Under the pieces are notes generated by a model, which was given only the letters and a program-made list of their open reading frames with translations, searched no databases and had not been told where the DNA came from. Position numbers and translations under genes: made by a program. A stretch of DNA of 64,000 nt from Balanoglossus misakiensis (Eukaryota > Animalia > Hemichordata): assembly GCA_040954595.2 (NCBI GenBank), contig CM082591.2, forward strand, positions 3,457,957 through 3,521,956, given 5' to 3'. Shown piece after piece: positions 41,542-53,300 of the stretch (position 1 is the stretch's first letter; every line of letters starts with the position of its first letter).

Positions 41542-44500
41542 ATGTCGTTCACCGTCGCAAGGTTGTTGTGTTTTGCGACGCTGCTATGGGGTCAGACGCG
41601 GGCGTCGATTCATTCTTTCGGCGCCTTCACCGCCGACGACATCAGGGACATGGAGATCGACTCTTTGGTGAAATCCAACGAGGAGGCGATACAGAAATTG
41701 TTGGGTGTCTTCACTGGGGAGTTACAGAGTCACATGCATCAGCAGGTTTACGAACAAATCGTCGAGATAGTGTGGAATGCTGTGTTACAAGCCGAGTCGA
41801 TCGACGCGTTCAATTCGTCAACACCACCGACCGTCGTCCAAACCACCGACGATGCCGCCAGCAGCCCGGTGACGCCGACACTGTCCGGCGGTCCTACCAC
41901 CGACCAGGATACGAGCTCTCCGACAACACATGCCAATGTTCCAACCACGGGCGATGGGCCGTGCTTCCCACCCGGGAGCTGTGATGGAACCACGCAAGCC
42001 GCTGTTCCAACCACGGGCGACGGAGGCGGTGGGCCGTGCTTCCCACCCGGGAGCTGTGATGGAACCACGCAAGCCGGCCTTCCAATCACCCAGGAAACGA
42101 GAACAACAGAACCTTACCCATGCATCGAGGCAATTATAACTCTACCCGAACCTATATCTCTCGAAGTCATACTCAAAATATGTCTGAATGGCTCACATCT
42201 CTGCCTAAGAGTGGAGCTAGTAAGTGTACTTCCCACGGATCCACTCTACGAAGGTTGTCCGATTGATCTGGGAGACCTTCCGTCACCCTTTCCGAAGGAC
42301 TGTCCCTTCAGTATACCGTTACCAGCGCAAGGCGATATTCTAACATTTCTCCAAGCTCAGTCGTTCACACCAGTGCAGCCACTCGTCACTCTGCCGTCCT
42401 TGCCAGCGTTACCAACTGAGCTACCAGACACCATAGCAAACGTATCTACAGAGTGTTTCATGTCGGAGTTGCAGTTCGTACTTGACTTAGTCTGCTCACC
42501 TAGGGAGCTGTATGCCTTTGAAAGTAAGTGTTGTTGTTGTTGTTTTTTTTTTCGTTTCAGAACACACGGAATTTTGTGCGGATAGAGAAATGGCAGAGAG
42601 TGTTTTCATTGGTCAATAATCGCAAACAAAACTGACTCGTCTGATTTGTTTGCACTGTTTGAGCGATTGTCCGGTGATAGGTTTGCAGACATGAGATTTG
42701 TGTAAGCGTATAGATGAAAAAGCGGGCCAATATGTTTGACCTCTGCCCTCAATGGCGGAGGGCGTGGGGGGGGGGGGTGCTAAGCCTGCATATTTTGGCA
42801 CTCAGTCATATGGTGAACATCTATCTTACCTGATACACTAGTCTTCCCATTTCTCTCAGATACCAGCCATCATATAGTAACTACTTGTACGGCAATGATC
42901 TGAAATTAAAAAAAATATTTTCTTCAGAAGAACATCCACTGAGTTATCAGTTGTCGGGTATGGAAAGGGAACCTCTCAAGCTAAATCAAAATAAAAATTT
43001 GCCATGCATCGTACGTGGCAGTGTAACTTTTTGGTGGTTTTCGATAACCACCCAAAGGGGTCTTATTTTTTTGCTAAACTTCGTTTTGTATAATTGCATA
43101 GTGTTTGACGCCATGGGTAAACTCCCAAGCGGGCTATTGAAAGGAGATCTTCGGTGGTTGGGAGCATTTATGCAGTGCCGGGACATCGATGGCGTCCATA
43201 TCTGGATGCCGTTCGCTGAAAACTCAACGTACGACGCCAATTACTGCCTGTCTACGTGGAGTATATCAACGGTGAGCTTGTGGAATGTCCTGTCTTAATG
43301 CTGATCCCTGTATAAATCGATCACAACAATTGTTTCACATATACATGTTTGCAGGTCACGCCGATATTATATTAAAGTATCTTCGCGAACATTGGGCAAT
43401 GAATCAAAATTAAGCATATTACACGTACAGTGATGTACTGTAATAACGCAAGTACTATTATCCTCGTGTCTGTCTGTCTGACGGTCTGTCAGTCTGTCTG
43501 TCTGTCTGACTGTGCCTGTCCGTCTCTCCCCCTCCCTCCCCGACCATGGCCTTTAGTACTTATTACATGTACTTAATTAATAACCCCCGTTTCAATTATG
43601 ATCTTATTATTTCGCATTGTTTTTCCAGTCTGACGCTGAGAACGCCACCAACATACCCCTGCAGATCGGTGTATGTTTTCCCGAGCTATGTAGTTCTGAA
43701 GACATAGCAACGTTGCTACAGCTGGGTGAGTATAGGCTGATACCGTATCATACAGATATGTCTCGTGACCATCATTAGGCGCATCTTTCATTGGGTGTCG
43801 CATTGTGCAAAGGTTACGTCCAAAACTGAATACCTGTTAAGTTCGACGCACTTAGTAGCCTACTTAAGAACGGGCCTGGGTCGATGTAGCATATATCATA
43901 CAATTATTGGATGTATCGACAAATCCAATAAAAGGCATGTCGTTATGCTCCAGGGAGCCAAACGAAAACTGCACTAGGTCCAGACTATGAAAATACTAAA
44001 AATTGGAGAAAATTTTGAGGGGTTTCGCCGGTGCATTATTTGATGCCCTGTGTGTTATATTTTTGTCCTCAGCATTTTCGGCTATTGCCGGTGATACTCT
44101 GACCATCGAGACAGTTTACTGTGACTATGATACTCCCCTGGATACCGGTGCAAAGGTTTTCCTGTAAGTTTGCTTTGCAATGTGCTCTTTGGTATGGTGG
44201 TGGTGGTGGTGGTGGTAGCGGTGTTGGGGATATTGATGGTGATGATGATGATGATGATGATGGTGGTGGAGGTGGTATTTGTCACAAGTATACTGTATAC
44301 TTGTGTGAAAAGTACCACATTTCTAACTTATTTTTTCTTCACTTTCCCACTCTGCTTCAGACTCATACTCTTAGTTATCATAACTGTGGTTGTCATAGCA
44401 TCAATCGTCGACTACGTGATACGAGTTCGTCACCAGGCTGACGCAGAAATGTAAGTAGACTTGGCATTTTCACCCATTTGGTTCAATGCGAAATATGTGT

Positions 44501-47500
44501 TTTGTGTGTACTATAAACTGTATGTTGTCAATGAAAGAATGCACCTTCAACATACACCTTCAAGTCTCCACCTTTGTCACGTGGCAGATTCGACATCGAT
44601 GCCGACGGTGTGGCCTATGTTAACAACGCCTATGAAATTCGAGAATACGACATCGAAATGACGGAGGCTCAGGATCCGAGCCCGCCAGAGAAAGTCACTC
44701 TGGACCAAGTCATGGAAAAGGCGGAAAACCAAGCGGTTGACGGCGACCACGACAAACAAAACGACGCAGTGCCACCACCGACGAAGAGTCAACTGATAGC
44801 GGAAGAAAACGTGTACAACACTCTTTACGACAGTGACAGCAAAGCTGGTATGTTTAAGCAGGGACCATTCTTCTGACTCCACTTTACACATATTTATCTA
44901 GCTGTTGTGGAAAACTACAGGCTTGCGTACCCCCATTTTGATGACGTAAACACCACAATTCATGACACAAACACCATTTTGCATTAACATGTGTCTGCAC
45001 CTCTCAATTCCTTAGCAAAGATATCCAGCCCACTGCGGGCGTTCTCGGGATTTATCAACGGGTCGAAGATCTTTAGTACCGACTACGACCCTGATGACCC
45101 CGACCACCCTCTGATGATGGTACATGGCTTGAGAGTGCTGACCCTGTGGTGGGTCATCTATCAGATGACCTACTCCACAGCCTATGAAGTATTACGTAAG
45201 TATTCATTAGAGATGCATTGTCATTTTACGTAAGTATTCATTAGAGATGCATTGTCATTAGTGCAATTTAAAGACGAATATATAACAGCAAATCTAACAC
45301 GTGCGTCTCTGCTACTAGTATCTGTTTTATCATTTCAGAGAACCCCGTGGATTTGGTTTGGATGGCGGAGCGATTTTCGTCACAAGCTATCGATAACGGG
45401 TCGTTTGCAACCGACACCTTTTTCGTTATTAGGTAAAGGAACCGTTTTCTCTTCTCGTTTTCCCGCTAAAACCTCAATTATGGAAGCGTTTTCGCCTCGA
45501 AAAATCGAGCAAAAAATTTAGGAGACAGCGATAACAAGTTGCGTCGTTCTCTTTGTTCCCCAGCGGATTTCTCATCACTTACTTGGGACTCAGGAAGTTG
45601 AAGGAAGATGGTTGCAGTTGGAAGATGTGGCTTGTTTACTATTTTCACAGAGTCTGGAGGTATTTATTTTAAGGACAAAGTCATTCACGATTGATTTTTT
45701 AAAATTAGAGTTTCTTTCGATGGATGAGGTGTGTTGTACCACTCACTAAAATACACTGAAATCAGTGCCTGTTATCCCGAAATAAAACAATTTTGGTGGC
45801 TACAAGATGTATTAACAATATACGATTTCTTAGCGTTTCTTGAAGATTTCTTGAAGTTAGGAATGCACCCCTCTTAAAAAGTACACACCACTTTCTTTGA
45901 GTGACAATTTTTACTGATTTACAGATTCTGGCCCGCTTATATCGTGATCCTACTGATGTATATGTGGTATCTGCCGTTCATGGTCGCCGGTCCTCTGAAA
46001 TATATAGCTGCCGACTACGTGAAGCCCTGCTACGACTACTGGTGGACGAATGTCCTGTTCATCAATAACCTGTACCCTTACTTCGAGCCCCTGAGAGACA
46101 AGTGCATGCCCTGGTCATGGTACATCGCATGCGTGATGCAGTTTTACATCATCAGTCCCTTCATCATACTCCTGCTGCACTGGTGAGTACCCGGATGGTA
46201 CCAAAGCCCGTGTGAAAGGCGGCGTGTGATTGGGTAGAATATAACACACAGCCAAAGACTCGTGTGAGGTTGGGCGTGATTGGGTAGGGAGCAAAGAGAA
46301 GTGGCGTGTGATTGGCTAGAATGGAACACACTCCCGAAGACTCGACTCGTGTGAGGGTGTGTGTGATTGGTTAGGACGTAAAGAAGGGACGGACGAAGCA
46401 TGCAATCTTGCGTAGAAAACTTGACACAGGGGATGGAAAATTGCTCTTAGCAGCAAACAATTACAGCGACTGAGAAAAAGAAAGAGTGTTCTTTTTTCTG
46501 ACAGCCATAAAATTAGATTTGTTTCTAATTGAAAGTTTTTTTTTATTCCTTTTCAGGAAAATGATAGTTGGCTATATAGTAATTGGTCTTTTGTTCGCCG
46601 TTGATTTCACCTGCACGGCGTTGATATCGACATATTATGGTTTGACTGCAAGTCCCGGGCAAAGGTATGGTATTCTTGTCCATTCAATTCAAGATCTACC
46701 CGGAATGATTGAAGAAACAGCATTGAACATGTCTTAGTAGATAGAAACGTAACCCCAAGATTCCTTAGTCACTGAACATGCGCATTGAATTAATGCCAGT
46801 GCGCCCTCAATGTCAATTACAGATATCCGCTGAAATTTGCATAACAGGAAATTGTTATCAGCAGACACCTCGACCTTTGTTGCTTTCTGTAACGATTGGT
46901 ATCTGCGTCTCTTATCAGACCCAATCTTCGCCAATATTTAGTCATCTATTTTAGTCCGCCAAACCCACGTGTGTTAAGTCACTCCTGATTAAACTAGTAA
47001 TCTTTTTCAAAGACAATGCAATACTCATATCATTGTGGTGACCTTTATATTTCTCTTATCCGTGTGGTATGAGATAAACCCGAGGAATTAAAATCAAATT
47101 AAATATATGTGACACGTTTAAATTGGTCTCAAATTCAAAGATTAAAGAGTGCATACAAGTCAGATACTAGAAGGTCGCCAGCCAATCGAATATACTGATT
47201 TTACTTCTGACTGATTATCATGAGTCTTACTTTTGGTATAGAGTATTGACTATCCTTTTATGTCTATTTTTCCATTAAATACAGTCGCTTCAACGACAAT
47301 GCTGACGACAACCCGTTTGGTGACTACATCGACACAAAGCCACAGACCAGAATCGCCACCTACCTCGTTGGCATGTGCCTGGCTCACATTCTAATCAAAC
47401 ACCAACAAGGGTGCTTCAAAGTTACAACGGTATGAATTTAATTTTTTTTATCTATCTCTGTTCAGATATACAGAACGTTGGTGTGATTTGATTTTGTTTG

Positions 47501-48630
47501 TTCAAGTTGAGTTTAATTAAGTACTGCTTATGTAATGTCATTGTTACTCATTGTTAGATAACATAAGTGGTATTGTATGATTGCAAAGGAAATTACTAAA
47601 GGGCCAGTAGCGCGACAGCGTAAGCTATCTGTAATTATTTAAATTTAAAATATATATTATTTTTGCAATTCTCCCTAATATTTTCTCAACAATCACAAAA
47701 CAAAAAGTAATCACACAATGATAAACCTTTTGATTTTTCCTTTATAGAAAGTCAGCGCCCTCATGTGGCTGATATCAACGTTTCTGGGCATCACAATCGT
47801 CTACTGTACGTACGGCACATACCATGAACCTAAGTGGGAACAGGGATTGACTGTGTTTTACATTACGGTCAGTCGGTTCACATTCGGATTGGCCATCGCC
47901 TGGGTGATCTTTGCCTGTGCCACCGGACATGGAGGTATAACCACTTACAATTTTTACATTGCAAACAAAGTATATGCTTTTGAAACGTCACCAGTTTTAT
48001 CATCGACATCGATCGATACTAATAGTTTGTATATTATTATAAATACCATCGGTTTTCTTTAGAAGAAAGTAATGATCGTTCATCTTGACACGTCACTGCG
48101 CATGTTCCCAGATCATTACACATGCGCAATGAAGTGCTGTGACGTGACAAAATGGCGGCGGATATTGACCTATTGGCGTGGTTTCAAGCTTTCCACCGGA
48201 TTCTGTTTGATATAATGGCTCTATGGTGTCTCTCCGCAGGAGTGGTGAACTCATTCTTGTCGTGGAATTTCTGGCTCCCCCTGAGTCGCATGTCTTTCTG
48301 CACCTACTTGGTTTTCCCGCTCATGATGGCGTTCTGGTTGCTGAATAACCACGTACAACCTTACGTCTCTGATTTCAACTTTGTAAGTTGTCGTTATATA
48401 TGCTGTTTCTATTTAATAAAGTACAAGTTTGTGATTACATATAATCTTGTCTCCTGTACTTTAATTCGCCTCATGCTCACCTTATTTTTGTTTTATTTCA
48501 GATGTATCTGTTTATTGCCTACATGGGAATGGGATTTCTTGTTGGGTTTTCCTTCGCCCTAATCGTTGAGAGACCATTCATGCAACTTGAACGGTTGATG
48601 TTTGGAAAGGGACTGGAAGAATCTAAATAG
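41542..48630 (+). CDS. NRF-6/O-acyltransferase-like multipass membrane protein A (long N-terminal ectodomain + NRF domain + Acyl_transf_3)
   Basis: 15 phase-consistent exons: 41542-42523, 43102-43271, 43629-43725, 44073-44163, 44361-44450, 44588-44847, 45016-45195, 45339-45432, 45564-45659, 45925-46182, 46557-46664, 47285-47429, 47748-47934, 48240-48382, 48502-48630. NRF motifs MFDAMGKLPSGLLKGDLRWLGAFMQC, YCL, GVCFPELCSSED. AT3 motifs HGLRVL, DTFFVISGFL, HRVWR, WWTNVLFINN, CMPWSWY..MQFY, FLSWNFWLPLSRMSFCTYL, VERPF. Confidence 0.9.
44190..44276. repeat. (GGT)n/(GAT)n trinucleotide microsatellite, intronic
   Basis: Direct reading; lies in the intron 44164-44360. Confidence 0.88.
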
Positions 48631-50398
48631 ACGTGGATAACTTCTGTCACGTGACATGTATCAGGGAAATTTCCGGACGTAACGAAAACCTGTAAATACG
48701 GTTTCATGGGGTTGGATATTTACCAAAAAATACATTTGAAACAAAAATAAAATGCAATATTTTATGTTCTCCATCTTTTTTTACAAAGTGGAACTTAATT
48801 GTGGAAAAAAGATCCTGATTTGTTGATATTGAACTCTCGTGGACACAGTGTTTGAATGAAGAGATCTAAAGATGCTATATCCTGTGTTGTTTTGAAGGAA
48901 ATAGTCAAGATACTTCTATATATACTATGTAAACATCAGTACTCGGGACGGAAAATAATTATATTTACACGGAATTATTTTTTTTCTTAACAGATACAGT
49001 CTCATACCTTTTTGTATGTTAGCATTCGTAAATCTTGAAAAAATGAATTCATCTTTTGTACATGAACATTTTTAACTGGCATACATAATCTCATATTGTA
49101 AAACCTTTCTTGACTAGATACGTAAAGTCATTAGTTTTTGGTAGTAAGAATTTGATGACCATGTTGGCCCTGAACGTGCAAGTGTTGTCACTGAATAACA
49201 CATTTTCAACAAATATACAACGCTTTAACTGAACTTTTAATTCTTACGTATAAGCAAGAATTTCAATCAGTCGCTTTTGGTGACACGCTGACGATATGAC
49301 TACTGATCATTAGGGAAGCTCAAAGCAATTTTGAAATTGATTTAGCCGTGGCGTGACAATTTAACGATGGTCTTCAGCAAACACGCATGGTCAATAAAGA
49401 ATATTTTTTTGAAAACGTTAATGAGTAGCTATAGTGTGAGTGTTGTTTCTTTTATCCCCCATTAATCTTAAAGTAATTATCAACGGGTCGTTGTTGTATA
49501 ATATTCTCTAATTATGCAACTAATCACTTAGAATGTAACTCATTACATCTGATTAAGTAATCTGCTTTAGGAAACGTGTAATTGTTTCTAATATGCGCAT
49601 GCGTAACACAGATCCATGCACCCCAAATGTCGATTAATGAGTTGCTGAAACACATGTATTATTTCATGTCCTATCCATTGCTTCATCCAACTTTACCTTG
49701 GATGACTCACCAAAATTTGATAATGCACTAAAAAGTTATAAAGACAGCCTTTTGAGATTACTGGACGCAGAGACTTTATGATATGACAATGACAGAGAGA
49801 TGTGTATCACGACTGAGATGGTGATAGGGAAAGGTTCTGTCAAGGTCAGTTGGTTATTCAAGATTAAAGCTTATCAAAGACAAGGTATAAGTATCCAAAT
49901 AAGCAGAAAAGGTCGATGGAAAAGGGTCAACTTTTGTAGAAATGATTTTCAGATTGCATGAGACCAGATATGGACAATTTGTTAGAGTAATTAATGAACG
50001 TCCTAGCCATCAAATAGAACACAAATGCTGAAAAACGATGTAAAAATCAGCATTGGTTATGTTATCCCGTGAAAATCTAAAACAGGAGCATAACAGAGAG
50101 ATGTAAACAAGAGCGAAACACACTGTGGGCAATTTCATTTGTACTTTAACGGCCCAATCATCTGACGAGATAATATCACATGATTTATCGAGTAGATTGA
50201 ATCGTATGCGTTGCCATAGCACCTGGGCAAACACATGAGCAATATTCACGGGTGACCCAGCCGACCAATGGCGTTTGTTGCATTTTCGTAAGATTTTTTT
50301 TGTGGGGGTGTATAAGTTCTGTTGTTCAGAGACACGTCGCCACTATTTCTGTCGTCAACCTTCGAGCACCACTACCCCTGAAGTTGATAGACTGAAAC

Positions 50399-53300
50399 AT
50401 GGGGCTGTTTCGCGGTTTCGTACAGCCTGTTCTGACGCTCGTCGTGTTTATCCTGGCCGACTGCGCTGTTATCAACGCGACCAGTCGCGCGGGGTGCAGA
50501 GCAATGACCGGTGCGGGTAGCGGCGATCTTCTGGCAAGCGTTTCTTATCGATTGACCGGGGCCGCGACAAGCTCTGGCCCCCTGTCCCACTGCGATAACA
50601 CCGCACCGGCTCGCAAAAAGGTTTCCGAAAGATGTCTGCGAGACGTCTGCAGGTTCGAAGAAGACCTCAACAACAGGGAGCGATACGCTTCGGAAAGTAA
50701 GACAGTCTGTTTTCCTATCTATAATGGGACAACTATTCACTTTCTTTAAAAGCAAAAAACGTACCACTGGTGAATCATCAGAAACTAAGTCAAACCCGAA
50801 GTTTAGATAACATAACGCCAAGGCATTTTGACGCCAGCGAAGTGGTTCATATATATACACTAATCCATGTCAAGGCGAACTCATTCTACTGTGTAACATA
50901 TTTCGTGGTAAAGTATTTTCAAAATGACGCAAAATCAAGTGTTGACCTTATTCTTTTTTGAATGACCTAGAGTTTGTGGACAAGTAAGGGAAACGATAAG
51001 ATAAACCATGCGCTCTGGTTAAAAGATACTCATTGGCATATTTCCGTTTCCAGAGCAATATTCAGACAGTCGGTCTTCTTTGCTGATAGTGAGTCGAGTT
51101 GACGACAACAACGTCTGGACCAATTTGCGGGTTTCGTTTATCACTGAGTCACTGTTGAAAACATGTCACTGTGTGTGCAGGTATAGGCTAAATCATAGGG
51201 CGTTGCTTGGTAGGTCTGGACTGTGGATCTGGACTGTGGATTAATTTTGAATGAGCTTTGACTTATCATCGACACAGATACAGTAAACTAGGGCATTTTT
51301 TTATCGTGGGAAAAAAGTACTCAGTTGGCATCACTCGCCTGTCCAATCCTAAACCTTTAAAATCACTGCACCCACTTTGTCTGAAATTGTATCACCAGGT
51401 CAAGCAGGTAAATGACACTCGATATTAACATGAAGACTAGTTCGCAGAATGACTTTACAAAATTTCGGAAGTGGGTCAGTCTGATAATCTGTAGGGCCCT
51501 CAACGGAATTTTATCATAATATGTGTGACTTGCCCAGACTGCATTTGGATTTAACTATAACTGGTATAAAAATTCATTGAGCTCGGGTAGATCATTGAAG
51601 GGGGAAACCATGTTTACCCTCCCCCTCCCCTCTCTCCTCCAACATCACATTTAATGCTATAACAACTGGTGGCGCACATTTTCGTTTGGCCATCCAAGTG
51701 TAAATATGTGATTGGCAAGACCCCGTCTCGATGAAATACTGGGTAACCATATATTTTTAACTGGGTGAAAAAAACAGCAAGGTGACTTGCATATTTGTTT
51801 TGCTTAAGGGCAGTCGTAGACAACCGTTTTTAAATTGTCTTTTGGCATATGAGGCTTATCGACTTAGGAATTCAACTGGCTTGCTGCCCGCACGCTCACG
51901 TGGACGTTTATCAGCTGCGTGCCTGGCTATCACGATCAATAACCTGTGATAACTTATAGGGAGGGTTATTGGGTTCATTGACCATCAACACAGTGACACC
52001 CTGTAGGCCTATAAGTGGGCCAAAGATTCAATAACCGCTAGATGTGAAGTGTATATGCTCCATGGTTGGAGATTCCATATCACTCATTTACAATGAAAAC
52101 TGATTAAAGGGTAGGGATCGCCTTATGCGCATGTGCGTAATTTCGTGTGTCCAATCCAAATGGTCTACAAATTTTGCGTTCGATGCATTCAAATAGTGAA
52201 CTGCCTTCGCCTCCTTCAATATTTCATGCGCACCGTATAAGTAGATTTTAGTTTTGTGCCTTCTTTTCACCCAATTTGCTGTCTTGTCCCAATCTCCGAC
52301 ACATAATATGGTCGCGGCCATCTTGCCTGTTGTTAGGACAGCACACTGCCCTATGACATTCACTGTATCAAATCTTGTAACCAGAGTCTCTGGTTTAGCA
52401 CGTACGCATAAGGCGATACCCCTCAATTTAAAGTCGACCCCACCTTAATGTAGTCTGATATATTTTCCCATAGTGATGGATTCAATGGGCAAGTTTCCAT
52501 CTGGACTGGCCAAAGCTAACTTTAAGTGGATTGGCACCAAGACACAGTGTCTTCGCGCGACCCTCGACTCGACTGATATCCATGCCAAGTATTGCTTGAC
52601 AGGTTATGACCTCCCTGTAGATGTGAGTAGTTCATGCCGTTTTGAATATGTTCAGTCAAGGCAACATTTAGTCAACAGTAGTTATGTAAAAGTGATAAAT
52701 ACAATTAGTAGCAAAATTGGCATACATCTTAGAAGTGTTTCTCTTGAAATATTTGATATACTCTTCACACTTGATAACTAACACACATGCTTGTGGACAC
52801 AAGACATTCAAAGCTGCTCCAATATCCCTGAGGCAATGAATCTAAAACAATACTGATACTAACTATTAAATTATTAAAATGTTTCCATTGGATTCTATAA
52901 TGGACAGGATATGAATGCTACAATGTCAGATGCCATAGCCATGGGTATTTGTGTGCCTGAAAGCTGCAGTGAAGACGAAGTGAGACATTTGATTTTAGAA
53001 GGTGATTTTCCTACGCTTATATAATTATACCTATTTACATACGTACACATTTTCTTGTTTTACTACCTACAATATGATGAAGTATCCGGCTTTTTATGAC
53101 AGCCTACACGTGACGTGAACAGCCTTCATTGACGTTTCTGTCGAAAAGACAATTACTAGTATGGACTTGTATTCTTAACAGTAACATGACATGTATACTA
53201 ACAGGCACAATGTCGGGTGTTTATATCGTTACTTATAGCTGTTTTAGAACGTGAACCCTGTAGTCAAATCTTACAGTAATTTATTCAAAGTTTGTACGTG

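Noticed and set aside
41424-42139. Overlapping alternative-frame and antisense ORFs
   Set aside because: By-products of the GC-rich repetitive exon 1 of NRF-6-like paralog A.
44082-44454. ORFs with poly-G/D/V/M/T runs
   Set aside because: Translation of an intronic (GGT)n/(GAT)n microsatellite.
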